Assembly (NCBI GenBank): GCA_052390515.1
Contig: JBQTGV010000072.1
Location: forward strand, 7,172 to 71,171
DNA from: Candidatus Eiseniibacteriota bacterium
GTDB taxonomy: Bacteria; ARS69
Direction of reading: 5' to 3'
DNA length: 64,000 bases
Shown here piece by piece: positions 25,158-33,443 of this stretch; within the stretch, counting starts at the first letter, position 1; each line of letters opens with the position of its first letter. The notes beneath the pieces were generated by a model, which saw only the letters and a list, made by a program, of their open reading frames with translations, was not told the origin of the DNA and did no database searches. Both the position numbers and the translations under genes were made by a program.

Positions 25158-27964
25158 CCTCCGGCGACCGCTGGGCGGCCATCGAGGCGATCCTCGACGA
25201 GTTGTTGGAGCTGGCTCCGGGAGAGCGCAGCGTGCGCCTCGTGCAGCTCGCCGCGGGGGACGAGGAGCTCCGCGCGGAGATCGAGGCGCTGCTGGCCGAG
25301 GACCAGGGCGAGAACGGTCCGCTCGATCGCCGCCTCGACTCCGTCGCGGCTGCGCTGCTGGACGACACGGACACGCCCTCCCAGGAGGGGCGCCTCATCG
25401 GACCGTATCGGGTGGTCCGGGAGCTCGGCCGCGGGGGAATGGGCGAGGTCCTGCTCGCCGAGCGCGCGGACGGGCAGTTCGAGCAGCAGGTGGCGCTGAA
25501 GATCGTTCGTGGCGGACTGAACCGCGAGGACATCCTCCGGCGATTCCGCCACGAGCGGACCATCCTCGCCCGGCTGCGCCATCCCAACATCGCCTTGCTG
25601 CACGACGGCGGTATCGCGGCGGACGGCGTGCCCTACTTTGCCATGGAGTACGTGCAGGGCGAGCCCATCACGGACTACTGCGACCGCCGGACCCTGGGCA
25701 TCCCGGAGCGGATCGCGCTCTTCGAGTCGGTGTGCCGCGCGGTGCAGTACGCGCACCGCAACCTGGTGATCCACCGCGACCTGAAGCCGAGCAACGTGCT
25801 GGTCACCGCCGACGGAGTGCCGAAGCTGCTCGACTTCGGCATCGCCAAGGTCATCAACCCGGGAGTGGACGATCCCACCCAAGCCACCCGCGGCTTCCTC
25901 ACCCCCGCGTACGCGGCTCCCGAGCAGATCCGCGGCGAGCCGACGTCCACCGCGACGGACGTCTTCTCGCTGGGCGTGCTCCTCTACGTCCTGCTCGCCG
26001 GGCATCACCCCCACGGCGACACGTCCAGCTCCGTCACCGTGGCGCGCGCGATCGTGGAAGAGGATCCGGTGGAGCCCAGCACCGTTGCCGGCAGGAGCAG
26101 CGACGCCGCCCGCCTGCGACGTGCCGACCCCGCCGAGCTCAGGCGCGCGCTGCGCGGCGATCTCGACAACATCGTGGCCAAGGCGCTGCGTAAGAACGCC
26201 GATGACCGCTACGCGTCCGTCGACGATCTGCGCACCGATCTCGAGCGCCACCGCGGCTCGCTCCCGGTGTCCGCGCGTCCGGCCACCGCGCGCTACCGGA
26301 TGCACAAGTTCGTGCGGCGACATCGCGTCGGTGTCGCGGCGGCGGCCGCCGCCGCTCTCGCCCTCGCGGCCGGTGTCGCGGGGATCGCGTGGCAGGCGAA
26401 CGTCGCCGCCCGCGAGCGGGACCGCGCTCGCGCCGTGAAGGACTACTTGCTGGAAGTGTTCTCCGGAGCCGACCCGGCGATCGAATCCGGCGAGACCCTC
26501 ACGGCGCTGGAGCTCGTGGAGCGCGGGGCCGCGCGCGTGTCGGATCGTTTCGCTCACAGCCCGGGGATCCGCGCCGAGGTCATGCAGACGCTCGGCGCCG
26601 TTCTCACCAGCCTGGGGCGGTATGAACGTGGAGACTCGCTGCTCTCCACCGCCCTGGTGGAGCTTCGGCACGAAGGGCGCGAGGAAGCGGTGGTGGAGAC
26701 GCTTCATCGCCTGGGCGGCAACGCCCGCGCACGCGGCGACTTCGACCTGGCTGCGGCGCGCTACGAAGAAGCCGTACGCATCGCCCGCGAGGCGTTCGGC
26801 GAGCGGGACTCGCTGGCCGCGAGCGCGCTCGGCGAGCTCGGCATGGTGCTCACGGACCAGGCGAAGTACGACGAGGCCGAGGCCGTGCTCGGCGAGGCGC
26901 TGGCGGCCGCGAGGGCGGGACGCCATCGCCGGCTTCCCCACCACCTGTCCAACCTGGCGAACCTCGAGCAGAAGCGCGGGCGGCTGGAGGCGGCGGAGGC
27001 CCTCTACCGCGAGTCGATCGAGCTGCACCGCGCGTCGGCGCCGCACGGAGACGTGGCCACGGCGCGGGCGATGAGCGAGCTCGCCTCCGTGCTCCTCCAG
27101 CTAGGCCGGGTGAGCGAAGGGGAGAGTCTGAACCGAGAGGCCCTGGCGATGCTCCGCCGCGAATACGGAGAAGCCGGGCATCCCGAGGTCGCCACCGCCC
27201 TCAACAACCTCGCCGGGGCCGTCCTGATGAGCAGGCGGTGGGCGGAGGCCGAGCCCCTGCTGCTCGAGGCGCTGGCCATGCACCGGCGGTTCCTCGACGA
27301 CAGCGGGGCCATCTCCAGCACGTTGTCGAACCTCGCCGTGGCGCGGGGCGAGCAGGGTGATCTCGAAGGCGCCGAGCGGTACATCGGCGAAGCGATCGAG
27401 TCGATTCGGCGAGCGCTGGGTGACCGACACCCTGAGCTCGTCATTCCCCTCTTGAACCGCGGCTCCGTTCTCCGGAACCTGCGTCGGTTCGATGAAGCCG
27501 AACCGGTCCTGCAGGAAGCCTTGGCGATCGCCCGAGAAACGCTCGGTGAGCATCATCGCGACACGTGCACCGCGATGCTACATCTCGCGGCGCTGTACCG
27601 CGACAGCAAGAGGCTGGAGGACTCGGAGCGCGCGTATCGCGAGGCCGCTTCGGCTTATCGGGGTGCGCTCGGGGAGGGTCATCCCGAGGAGATCGACGCA
27701 CGCATCGAGTGGGCGCGCATCGTGGCGAAGCTCCGGAGAACCAGGGAGTCGCAGCAGATGCTGGACCGCACCATCGCCGATGCACGCGCGGGTGGGGCGG
27801 AGGCGCGGTTTGTCCTGTCCCGAGCCCTCTTGGAGCGCGCCATGGTCGGAGGCGACGACGTGCTGGTGAGCGAGGCCTACGAGATCCGCCGCGCGGAGCT
27901 CGGCGAGCAGCATCCGATGACCGTCGCGGCAAGGTCCGAGCTGGAGCGGAGAGGCGGTCTCTAG
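25154..27964 (+). CDS. Serine/threonine protein kinase with TM helix and C-terminal TPR repeats
   Basis: Hanks-kinase motifs (GRGGMGEV, VALK, HRDLKPSNVL, DFGIAK, APE). One TM segment (VGVAAAAAAALALAAGVAGIAW), then ~550 aa of TPR-like repeats. Confidence 0.9.
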   Translation: MTSGDRWAAIEAILDELLELAPGERSVRLVQLAAGDEELRAEIEALLAEDQGENGPLDRRLDSVAAALLDDTDTPSQEGRLIGPYRVVRELGRGGMGEVLLAERADGQFEQQVALKIVRGGLNREDILRRFRHERTILARLRHPNIALLHDGGIAADGVPYFAMEYVQGEPITDYCDRRTLGIPERIALFESVCRAVQYAHRNLVIHRDLKPSNVLVTADGVPKLLDFGIAKVINPGVDDPTQATRGFLTPAYAAPEQIRGEPTSTATDVFSLGVLLYVLLAGHHPHGDTSSSVTVARAIVEEDPVEPSTVAGRSSDAARLRRADPAELRRALRGDLDNIVAKALRKNADDRYASVDDLRTDLERHRGSLPVSARPATARYRMHKFVRRHRVGVAAAAAAALALAAGVAGIAWQANVAARERDRARAVKDYLLEVFSGADPAIESGETLTALELVERGAARVSDRFAHSPGIRAEVMQTLGAVLTSLGRYERGDSLLSTALVELRHEGREEAVVETLHRLGGNARARGDFDLAAARYEEAVRIAREAFGERDSLAASALGELGMVLTDQAKYDEAEAVLGEALAAARAGRHRRLPHHLSNLANLEQKRGRLEAAEALYRESIELHRASAPHGDVATARAMSELASVLLQLGRVSEGESLNREALAMLRREYGEAGHPEVATALNNLAGAVLMSRRWAEAEPLLLEALAMHRRFLDDSGAISSTLSNLAVARGEQGDLEGAERYIGEAIESIRRALGDRHPELVIPLLNRGSVLRNLRRFDEAEPVLQEALAIARETLGEHHRDTCTAMLHLAALYRDSKRLEDSERAYREAASAYRGALGEGHPEEIDARIEWARIVAKLRRTRESQQMLDRTIADARAGGAEARFVLSRALLERAMVGGDDVLVSEAYEIRRAELGEQHPMTVAARSELERRGGL

Positions 27965-27985
27965 CCTCGCAGCGGTTCGCGCCGC

Positions 27986-28768
27986 TCAGCGTTTGGCTCT
28001 TCGCGCGAACTGCAGCCCGGACCAGGTCGCATCGACGGCCGCGATCTTGTAGTCCACGAAGCCGCGGTCCATCCCGTAGCGGCGGACCACCGCCTCGTCG
28101 AGATCCTTCGCCAGACCCGAGGCCTTCTTCGGCCACACGATCCACAGGCCGCCCTTCTCGTCGAGCGTGCGCGTGGCGGTTGCGAACCGCTTCGCCAGCT
28201 CCGCGCGGGTCTTCACGAAGAGCAGTACGCGGTCGGCGCGGCCCCGAGCCTGCCGGATGGTCCGCACGCCGTCCGGAAGCGGCGCCAGCGCACGCTCGAA
28301 GCCGACCGGCGCACCCAGCAGCGCGACGGTCGTCCCCGGTTTGATGCCGAGCTTCTTGGGAAGCGGCGTCCCCGAGTAGCCTTGCATGGTACCCGGTACG
28401 GCGGGCTTCTCCGGCTGCATGCGAGCCGCCGCACGCAATGCGCTCCGGATGCGTGACCAACTCGTGTAGGTCGCGTCGGGGAGCAGCGCCCGGGTGGCAG
28501 CCACCTTCTGCTTGTCGCCGCCGACGAACACGAGGGGTACGCCGCGCGTCGCTCTGTGCTGCCGGAAAGAGACGCCGCAGGCTCGCCCGTGGGACGGAAT
28601 CCGCCCGAGATCGATGACGATCGCCTCCGGTGGCTTCTTCACCCAGCGGCGCAGCCCCGGCCCGTCCTCCGGATCCCAGTGCAGGTCGGCGTCTTGCCCG
28701 GACGCCCGGAGGCGCGCGAGCCGCTCTTCGCCCTCGGCGCGGTTCCAGTGGATGAGAAGGAGCCTCAT
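27986..28768 (-). CDS. Hypothetical protein with C-terminal DUF3052-like domain
   Basis: 260 aa. The C-terminal half resembles DUF3052 (…GGLWIVWPKKASGLAKDLDEAVVRRYGMDRGFVDYKIAAVDATWSGLQF). 35 nt downstream of the UbiD-like gene, same strand. Confidence 0.6.
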   Translation of the reverse strand: MRLLLIHWNRAEGEERLARLRASGQDADLHWDPEDGPGLRRWVKKPPEAIVIDLGRIPSHGRACGVSFRQHRATRGVPLVFVGGDKQKVAATRALLPDATYTSWSRIRSALRAAARMQPEKPAVPGTMQGYSGTPLPKKLGIKPGTTVALLGAPVGFERALAPLPDGVRTIRQARGRADRVLLFVKTRAELAKRFATATRTLDEKGGLWIVWPKKASGLAKDLDEAVVRRYGMDRGFVDYKIAAVDATWSGLQFARRAKR

Positions 28769-28802
28769 GGACGACGGGCGCCGTCTCGGAGGAACGGCGA
28801 CA

Positions 28803-30566
28803 CTAGATCGCGTACTCCTTCCACCGCCGGTCGACCTTGGCCACGATCTCCGGATCCATCACCAGCGGCTCGGGATAGCCCTGCTTGAACGTCGCGTCGA
28901 TGGCCATGCGGCCGCGGTGCACGGGCCAGGCGCCGTGCAGCTCCGACTGCTCGAAGAACACGTCGCGGGCGGGATCGAAGCGCGTGAAGATGCCCCACAT
29001 CAATTGAGTGCGGTCGTCGAGCGGCACGTCCGGGGAGACTGCCGCGACGATGCGGGGCAGTGCCGCCTGCGGGAGCGCGCGCATCGCCGCGGCCAGAGCC
29101 CCTCGCGGCGACTCCTCCACGTGAATTGCCAGCAGCGTGCGCCCGAACAGCGCCTGTCCCCGGATGCGCCGGTCGACGAGCGACAGGTCGGGAACGGCCG
29201 GCAGCTCCGCTGGCGTGGCTCGGGTCCGCGGCGTCGCGTCGACGATCATCTTGCTGCCGAGGTTCGGAGTGAAGCTGGTGAAGTCCAGCGTGTCGAACGG
29301 CACGCGCGGCAGCAGCAGGAAGTCCTCCTCCGGATCGAAGTTCCTGGCGATGGCCTCGAGAACCTCGTCGAGGTTCCGCGGATTCACCGTGCGACCCACC
29401 ATCACGACGACCTTGGTCAGCCCGAGCTGGCCCTGCCCCAGGAGCCCGAACGCCGTGCGCATCGCCTCCTTGGCGAACCGCTGCTCCACCGACGCGACCA
29501 GCAGGTGGTGGAACCCCGTCTCCTCGAACGCCCACACGTCGCGCACCTCGGGATGCGGCAGCCGGATGAGCGGCCCGATCAGTTCCTGCACGAGGTTGCC
29601 CATGAAGCCGTCCTCCTGCGGCGGCTTGCCGACGACGATCGCGGGGTAGATCGCGTCCTTCCGGCGAAAGACCTTGCGCGCGCGGAACACCGGGAAGGGC
29701 GCCGCCGCGGAGTAGTGGCCGAAGTGATCGCCGAAGGGCCCCTCGCGCCGGCGCTCGCCCGCGGCCACGCTGCCTTCGATGACGAACTCCGCGCCCCGCG
29801 GCACCGGTAGATCCACGGTGACGCCGCGGGAGAGCTCCACTCCCCTACCGCGGAGCAGCCCGACGAAGGCGGTCTCGGGCAGTCCCTCGGGGAGCGGCAT
29901 CATCGCGGCGAGCATGAGCAGAGGGTCCCCTCCCAGCGCCACCGCGACCGGCAGCGATTTGCGCTCCTCCTCCGCCTCGAAGTGGTGGTAGCCGCCGCCC
30001 TTCCCGATCTGGAAGTGCATTCCCGTCTCGGTCGAGTCGTAGACGTGCATGCGGTAGATGCCGACGTTCAGCGAGGCATCGCGCGGGCTGCGCGTGAAAA
30101 CCATCGGGAACGTGAGGAAGGGGCCGCCGTCACCCGGCCAGCAGGTGAGCGCCGGCAGCTGGGTCAGGTCGGGATCCTCCTCGACCTCGCGGACCGGGCC
30201 GCCGGAGGAGATTCGCGGCTTCATGCCGCGGAAGCGCATCAGGTCGGGCAGGTGCCTGAGCAGCAGGCCCGCGCTGGGCGGGTTCAGGTCCTTGGCCAGC
30301 TTCACCAGGGACTCGCCGATCTCAGCCGCCGGCCGGCCGAGCACCAGCTCGATGCGCCGGCGCGAGCCGAACAGGTTGATCGCCAGCGGGAAGGTGCTGC
30401 CTTCGACGCGCTCGAAGAGGAGAGCCGGGCCTTCGCCCCGGACGACGCGTTGCACGATCTCGGTGATCTCGAGCCGCGGGTCGACGGGGACTTTCACCCG
30501 GCGAAGCTCACCCGCCGCCTCGATGGCACGGAGGAATGCGCGAAGGTCGGTGATCGGGCTCGGCAA
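28803..30566 (-). CDS. ubiD: UbiD-family prFMN-dependent decarboxylase (candidate menaquinone/futalosine-pathway decarboxylase)
   Basis: 587 aa. Typical UbiD N-terminus MPSPITDLRAFLRAIEAAGELRRVKVPVDPRLEITEI and conserved core. Confidence 0.85.
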   Translation of the reverse strand: MPSPITDLRAFLRAIEAAGELRRVKVPVDPRLEITEIVQRVVRGEGPALLFERVEGSTFPLAINLFGSRRRIELVLGRPAAEIGESLVKLAKDLNPPSAGLLLRHLPDLMRFRGMKPRISSGGPVREVEEDPDLTQLPALTCWPGDGGPFLTFPMVFTRSPRDASLNVGIYRMHVYDSTETGMHFQIGKGGGYHHFEAEEERKSLPVAVALGGDPLLMLAAMMPLPEGLPETAFVGLLRGRGVELSRGVTVDLPVPRGAEFVIEGSVAAGERRREGPFGDHFGHYSAAAPFPVFRARKVFRRKDAIYPAIVVGKPPQEDGFMGNLVQELIGPLIRLPHPEVRDVWAFEETGFHHLLVASVEQRFAKEAMRTAFGLLGQGQLGLTKVVVMVGRTVNPRNLDEVLEAIARNFDPEEDFLLLPRVPFDTLDFTSFTPNLGSKMIVDATPRTRATPAELPAVPDLSLVDRRIRGQALFGRTLLAIHVEESPRGALAAAMRALPQAALPRIVAAVSPDVPLDDRTQLMWGIFTRFDPARDVFFEQSELHGAWPVHRGRMAIDATFKQGYPEPLVMDPEIVAKVDRRWKEYAI

Positions 30567-30612
30567 CGGGGGGCTCTCCGGACGACGCCAGTCGGGTGGT
30601 CGACGCTAGCAG

Positions 30613-30641
30613 CGGCCCCCCAGGCCGTCAACGAGGGGACT
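30613..30641 (-). promoter_or_regulatory. Putative promoter of UbiD-like gene: TTGACG-N17-TAGCGTCG
   Basis: On the minus strand: cgTTGACGgcctggggggccgctgcTAGCGTcg, ~47 nt upstream of the ATG. The extended -10 region ctgcTAGCGTcg is identical to the UbiX-like promoter at 36884-36913. Confidence 0.45.
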
Positions 30642-30707
30642 GAAACGGGAAGGCCGGCCTTCCGATGGACGAAGGGAGGTCCGAACCCCTTTCCCGGCGG
30701 CTACCCG

Positions 30708-32741
30708 ATGGCGACCCAGTTTCGCGGCTACACCATCCTCGAGACCCTCGGAATCGGCGGCATGGCCTCCGTGTTCCTCGGGGTCCAGGAGAACCTCAAG
30801 CGCCACGTGGCCATCAAGCTGCTGGACAAGCGCCTGGCCCTCTCCGAGGACTTCGTGCGGCGCTTCGAGCGCGAAGCGCGCGCCGCCTCCGAACTGAACC
30901 ACCGTAACATCATCACCATCCACGAGTTCGGCAACGAGGGCGGCGACTACTTCATCGTCATGGAGCACGTGAAGGGATCGGATCTGCAGGCCGTGCTCGA
31001 CCGCGTCACCCGCTTTCCGCCGGAGATCGCGCTGGTGATCCTCGAGGAAGTGGCCACCGGCCTCGCCGCCGCGCACGAGAAGGACATCGTGCATCGGGAC
31101 ATCAAGCCGGCGAACGTGCTGCTCTCCCACAACGGCGACGTGAAGATCACCGACTTCGGTCTGGCGCGGGACTACAGCCTGGATGCGAGCCGGCTCTTCG
31201 ACAGCCTGACTGTCGGCGGCACGGTGCTGGGTACGCCGTCGTACATGTCGCCGGAGCAGGCGTCGGGGCTGTCGCTCGATCACAAGACCGACACGTTCGC
31301 GCTGGGTGTGATGGCCTACGAGATGTTCACCGGGCAGAAGCCCTTCCCGGGCGAGACCTACTCGGCCATCCGCGAGGCGATCCTGGAAGGCGAGCCGCGT
31401 CCGCTCACGCTGCAGCGCCCGCTGGCCACCCCGCAGATCGAGGACATGGTCCGGCGGATGCTGGCGAAGGCGCCGGAGCACCGACCGGACATGCGCCAGC
31501 TCCTGCACATGGTCGAGGCCTGCATGGAGACGGTGGACCCCTCGGGGATGCTGCTGCGCCATCGCCGCCGCTTCCTCGAGAAGTTCGCCGCGGATCCTGA
31601 GAGTTTCTCCTCCCGGCTCGAGCAGGTCGTCGTGCAGAAGAGCCTCGGCCGCGGCCTCTACGCGAAGGCGCTGGGCCTGGAGCGGCTGGACGTCGCGCTG
31701 GAGCATCTGGAGTACGTGCAGCAGAAGGACCCGCAGAACAGCAAGGCGAAGCGCGCGATCGCCGAGATCGTCGACTACGGGAGCGGGACCACCCGGGACC
31801 GCCGATCGAAGGCACCGGCTCGGCCGGAGCGGACCCAGATCGATCGGGCGCCGCGGAAGCCGCGCGTGCGCGTGCCGGAGATCTCGCTCGGGATCGTGAT
31901 CCTCGCCGCGGCGTCCTTCGGCGTCGTCCGCTCCGGGCTGGTGGATCGACTCACCGCGCGAACCGAGCTGGCGGTAGCCGCTCCGACCACGCCCTCGGCG
32001 AGTCCGCCCCCCGCGGTGACGTCGGCCGCGACGACGGCGCTGCCGCCCGCACTCGCCCTTCCGTCCGATCCTCAGCCCGCGGGAACGCCGCCGGCCGATC
32101 TGCCGTCCGCCGAGCCCGCGCCTGCCCAGAAGCCGGCACCGGCCGTCGCGTCCCGGCAGGAGTCGGAGCCGGTTCGCGCCGTCGAGGATGGGGCGCCCGA
32201 GGTCGAGGCCCCGAAGCCTGCACCGCCCAAGGACAGCTGGGTGCGCGTGCGCACGGAACCGGCCGGGAACATCCTCCTGAACGGGAAGCTGCTGGAGTCC
32301 GGTTCCACCGGGCTCGTCTCGCGGGTCGCGCCCGGCGAGACCGTCACGCTGGAGGTGCGGCATCCGGAGCTCTTCGGCTCCAAGACCTGGACGCGGAAGG
32401 TCGCGCCCGGCGACACGCTCGATCTGGGGAAGTACGCCGTGAAGACGGGCACCCTTCGCGTGTCGACCCGCCCGCCGACTCCGGTCGAGGTGCTGATCGA
32501 CGGGCGGGAGACGCGCAAGGAGACCCCCCTGGCCCTGACCGTGACGAGCCGGCAGCAGGTCGTCTCCATCCAGGCACCGGGCTGGATCGTCGAGAAGGCG
32601 GTGGTGAGCGAGCGCAGCGGCGAGGGCACCGCGCGGGAGATCGTGCCCGAGGATCCCGCGCGATTCGCCGGCGTGCCGGTCGACGTCGGCGAGGGACAGG
32701 ACCTCAAGGTCGTCTTTCACCTGGCCAAGGCCGGGGGCTGA
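30708..32741 (+). CDS. Serine/threonine protein kinase with C-terminal PEGA domains
   Basis: The kinase domain starts at MATQFRGYTILETLGIGGMASV (ATG 30708), with HRDIKPANVLL, DFGLAR, SPEQ. One TM helix, an A/P-rich linker, then PEGA repeats (VRTEPAGNILLNGK…, VSTRPPTPVEVLIDGRE…). The upstream 242 aa of the track ORF are artefact. Confidence 0.85.
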   Translation: MATQFRGYTILETLGIGGMASVFLGVQENLKRHVAIKLLDKRLALSEDFVRRFEREARAASELNHRNIITIHEFGNEGGDYFIVMEHVKGSDLQAVLDRVTRFPPEIALVILEEVATGLAAAHEKDIVHRDIKPANVLLSHNGDVKITDFGLARDYSLDASRLFDSLTVGGTVLGTPSYMSPEQASGLSLDHKTDTFALGVMAYEMFTGQKPFPGETYSAIREAILEGEPRPLTLQRPLATPQIEDMVRRMLAKAPEHRPDMRQLLHMVEACMETVDPSGMLLRHRRRFLEKFAADPESFSSRLEQVVVQKSLGRGLYAKALGLERLDVALEHLEYVQQKDPQNSKAKRAIAEIVDYGSGTTRDRRSKAPARPERTQIDRAPRKPRVRVPEISLGIVILAAASFGVVRSGLVDRLTARTELAVAAPTTPSASPPPAVTSAATTALPPALALPSDPQPAGTPPADLPSAEPAPAQKPAPAVASRQESEPVRAVEDGAPEVEAPKPAPPKDSWVRVRTEPAGNILLNGKLLESGSTGLVSRVAPGETVTLEVRHPELFGSKTWTRKVAPGDTLDLGKYAVKTGTLRVSTRPPTPVEVLIDGRETRKETPLALTVTSRQQVVSIQAPGWIVEKAVVSERSGEGTAREIVPEDPARFAGVPVDVGEGQDLKVVFHLAKAGG

Positions 32742-32840
32742 GTCGGCCCGGAGATTGCCACTTTAGATCTCCGCAGGACCTTCCGAACACTTCCGGCAGA
32801 TGCTCGAACGACCCCGTCAGCCCGGAGACCCGGCGAGACC

Positions 32841-33443
32841 TTGCGAAGGAACTCCGTTCTTCTGATGTGTCACGTGCTCGCGGCCGCGGTGCTCCTCGCC
32901 GCTCCCGTGCACGCCGCCGACGCCGACCTCGCCACGGCGTGGGAGTACTTCTACGACGCCGACTTCGAGCTCGCGCTGGGCGAGGTCGACCGCTTCCTGG
33001 GCGCCGTCGTGCTGGATGCCCCGCGACTGCGCGAGGCGCACGCGCTCGCCGGGCAGTGTCACGCCCGGCTCGGCGACGAGGTCGCCGCGGTCGAGTCGTT
33101 CTGCAGCGCGCTCGCGGTGGACGCCGCGTGGTCGCCGGATCCGACGGTGTTCTCTCTCGAGGAGCTCGCGCTCTTCCGCCGCGCACACTCCGAGTGCCCG
33201 CAGGTCGCGTCACCCGAGCCGGTGACGCCGGACCCGATGCCCGGCGGCGTTCCGGACGAGGTCGCGGCGGCGGCGCTCGCAGGAAGCCCCTGGTACCACA
33301 AGAAGAGCTTCTGGATCGGCACCGGGGCCTTGCTGACGGCGCTCGTCATCGCCGGGAGCAGCTCCGACGACGGCGCACCGACCGGCGATCAGGTCCCCGG
33401 CTTCCCCGACCCGCCTGGGCCGGCGCCGGCGTGGACGCCATGA
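32841..33443 (+). CDS. Secreted/membrane hypothetical protein
   Basis: Signal peptide (MCHVLAAAVLLAAPVHA) and a C-terminal hydrophobic segment. ATGA overlap with the downstream large gene. Confidence 0.55.
   Translation: MRRNSVLLMCHVLAAAVLLAAPVHAADADLATAWEYFYDADFELALGEVDRFLGAVVLDAPRLREAHALAGQCHARLGDEVAAVESFCSALAVDAAWSPDPTVFSLEELALFRRAHSECPQVASPEPVTPDPMPGGVPDEVAAAALAGSPWYHKKSFWIGTGALLTALVIAGSSSDDGAPTGDQVPGFPDPPGPAPAWTP

Noticed and set aside
30665-30707. Alternative upstream start ATGGACGAAGGGAGG for the PEGA kinase
   Set aside because: It is in a different reading frame from the kinase domain (ORF 30665..30907 terminates early); the in-frame ATG at 30708 directly precedes the kinase N-terminus.
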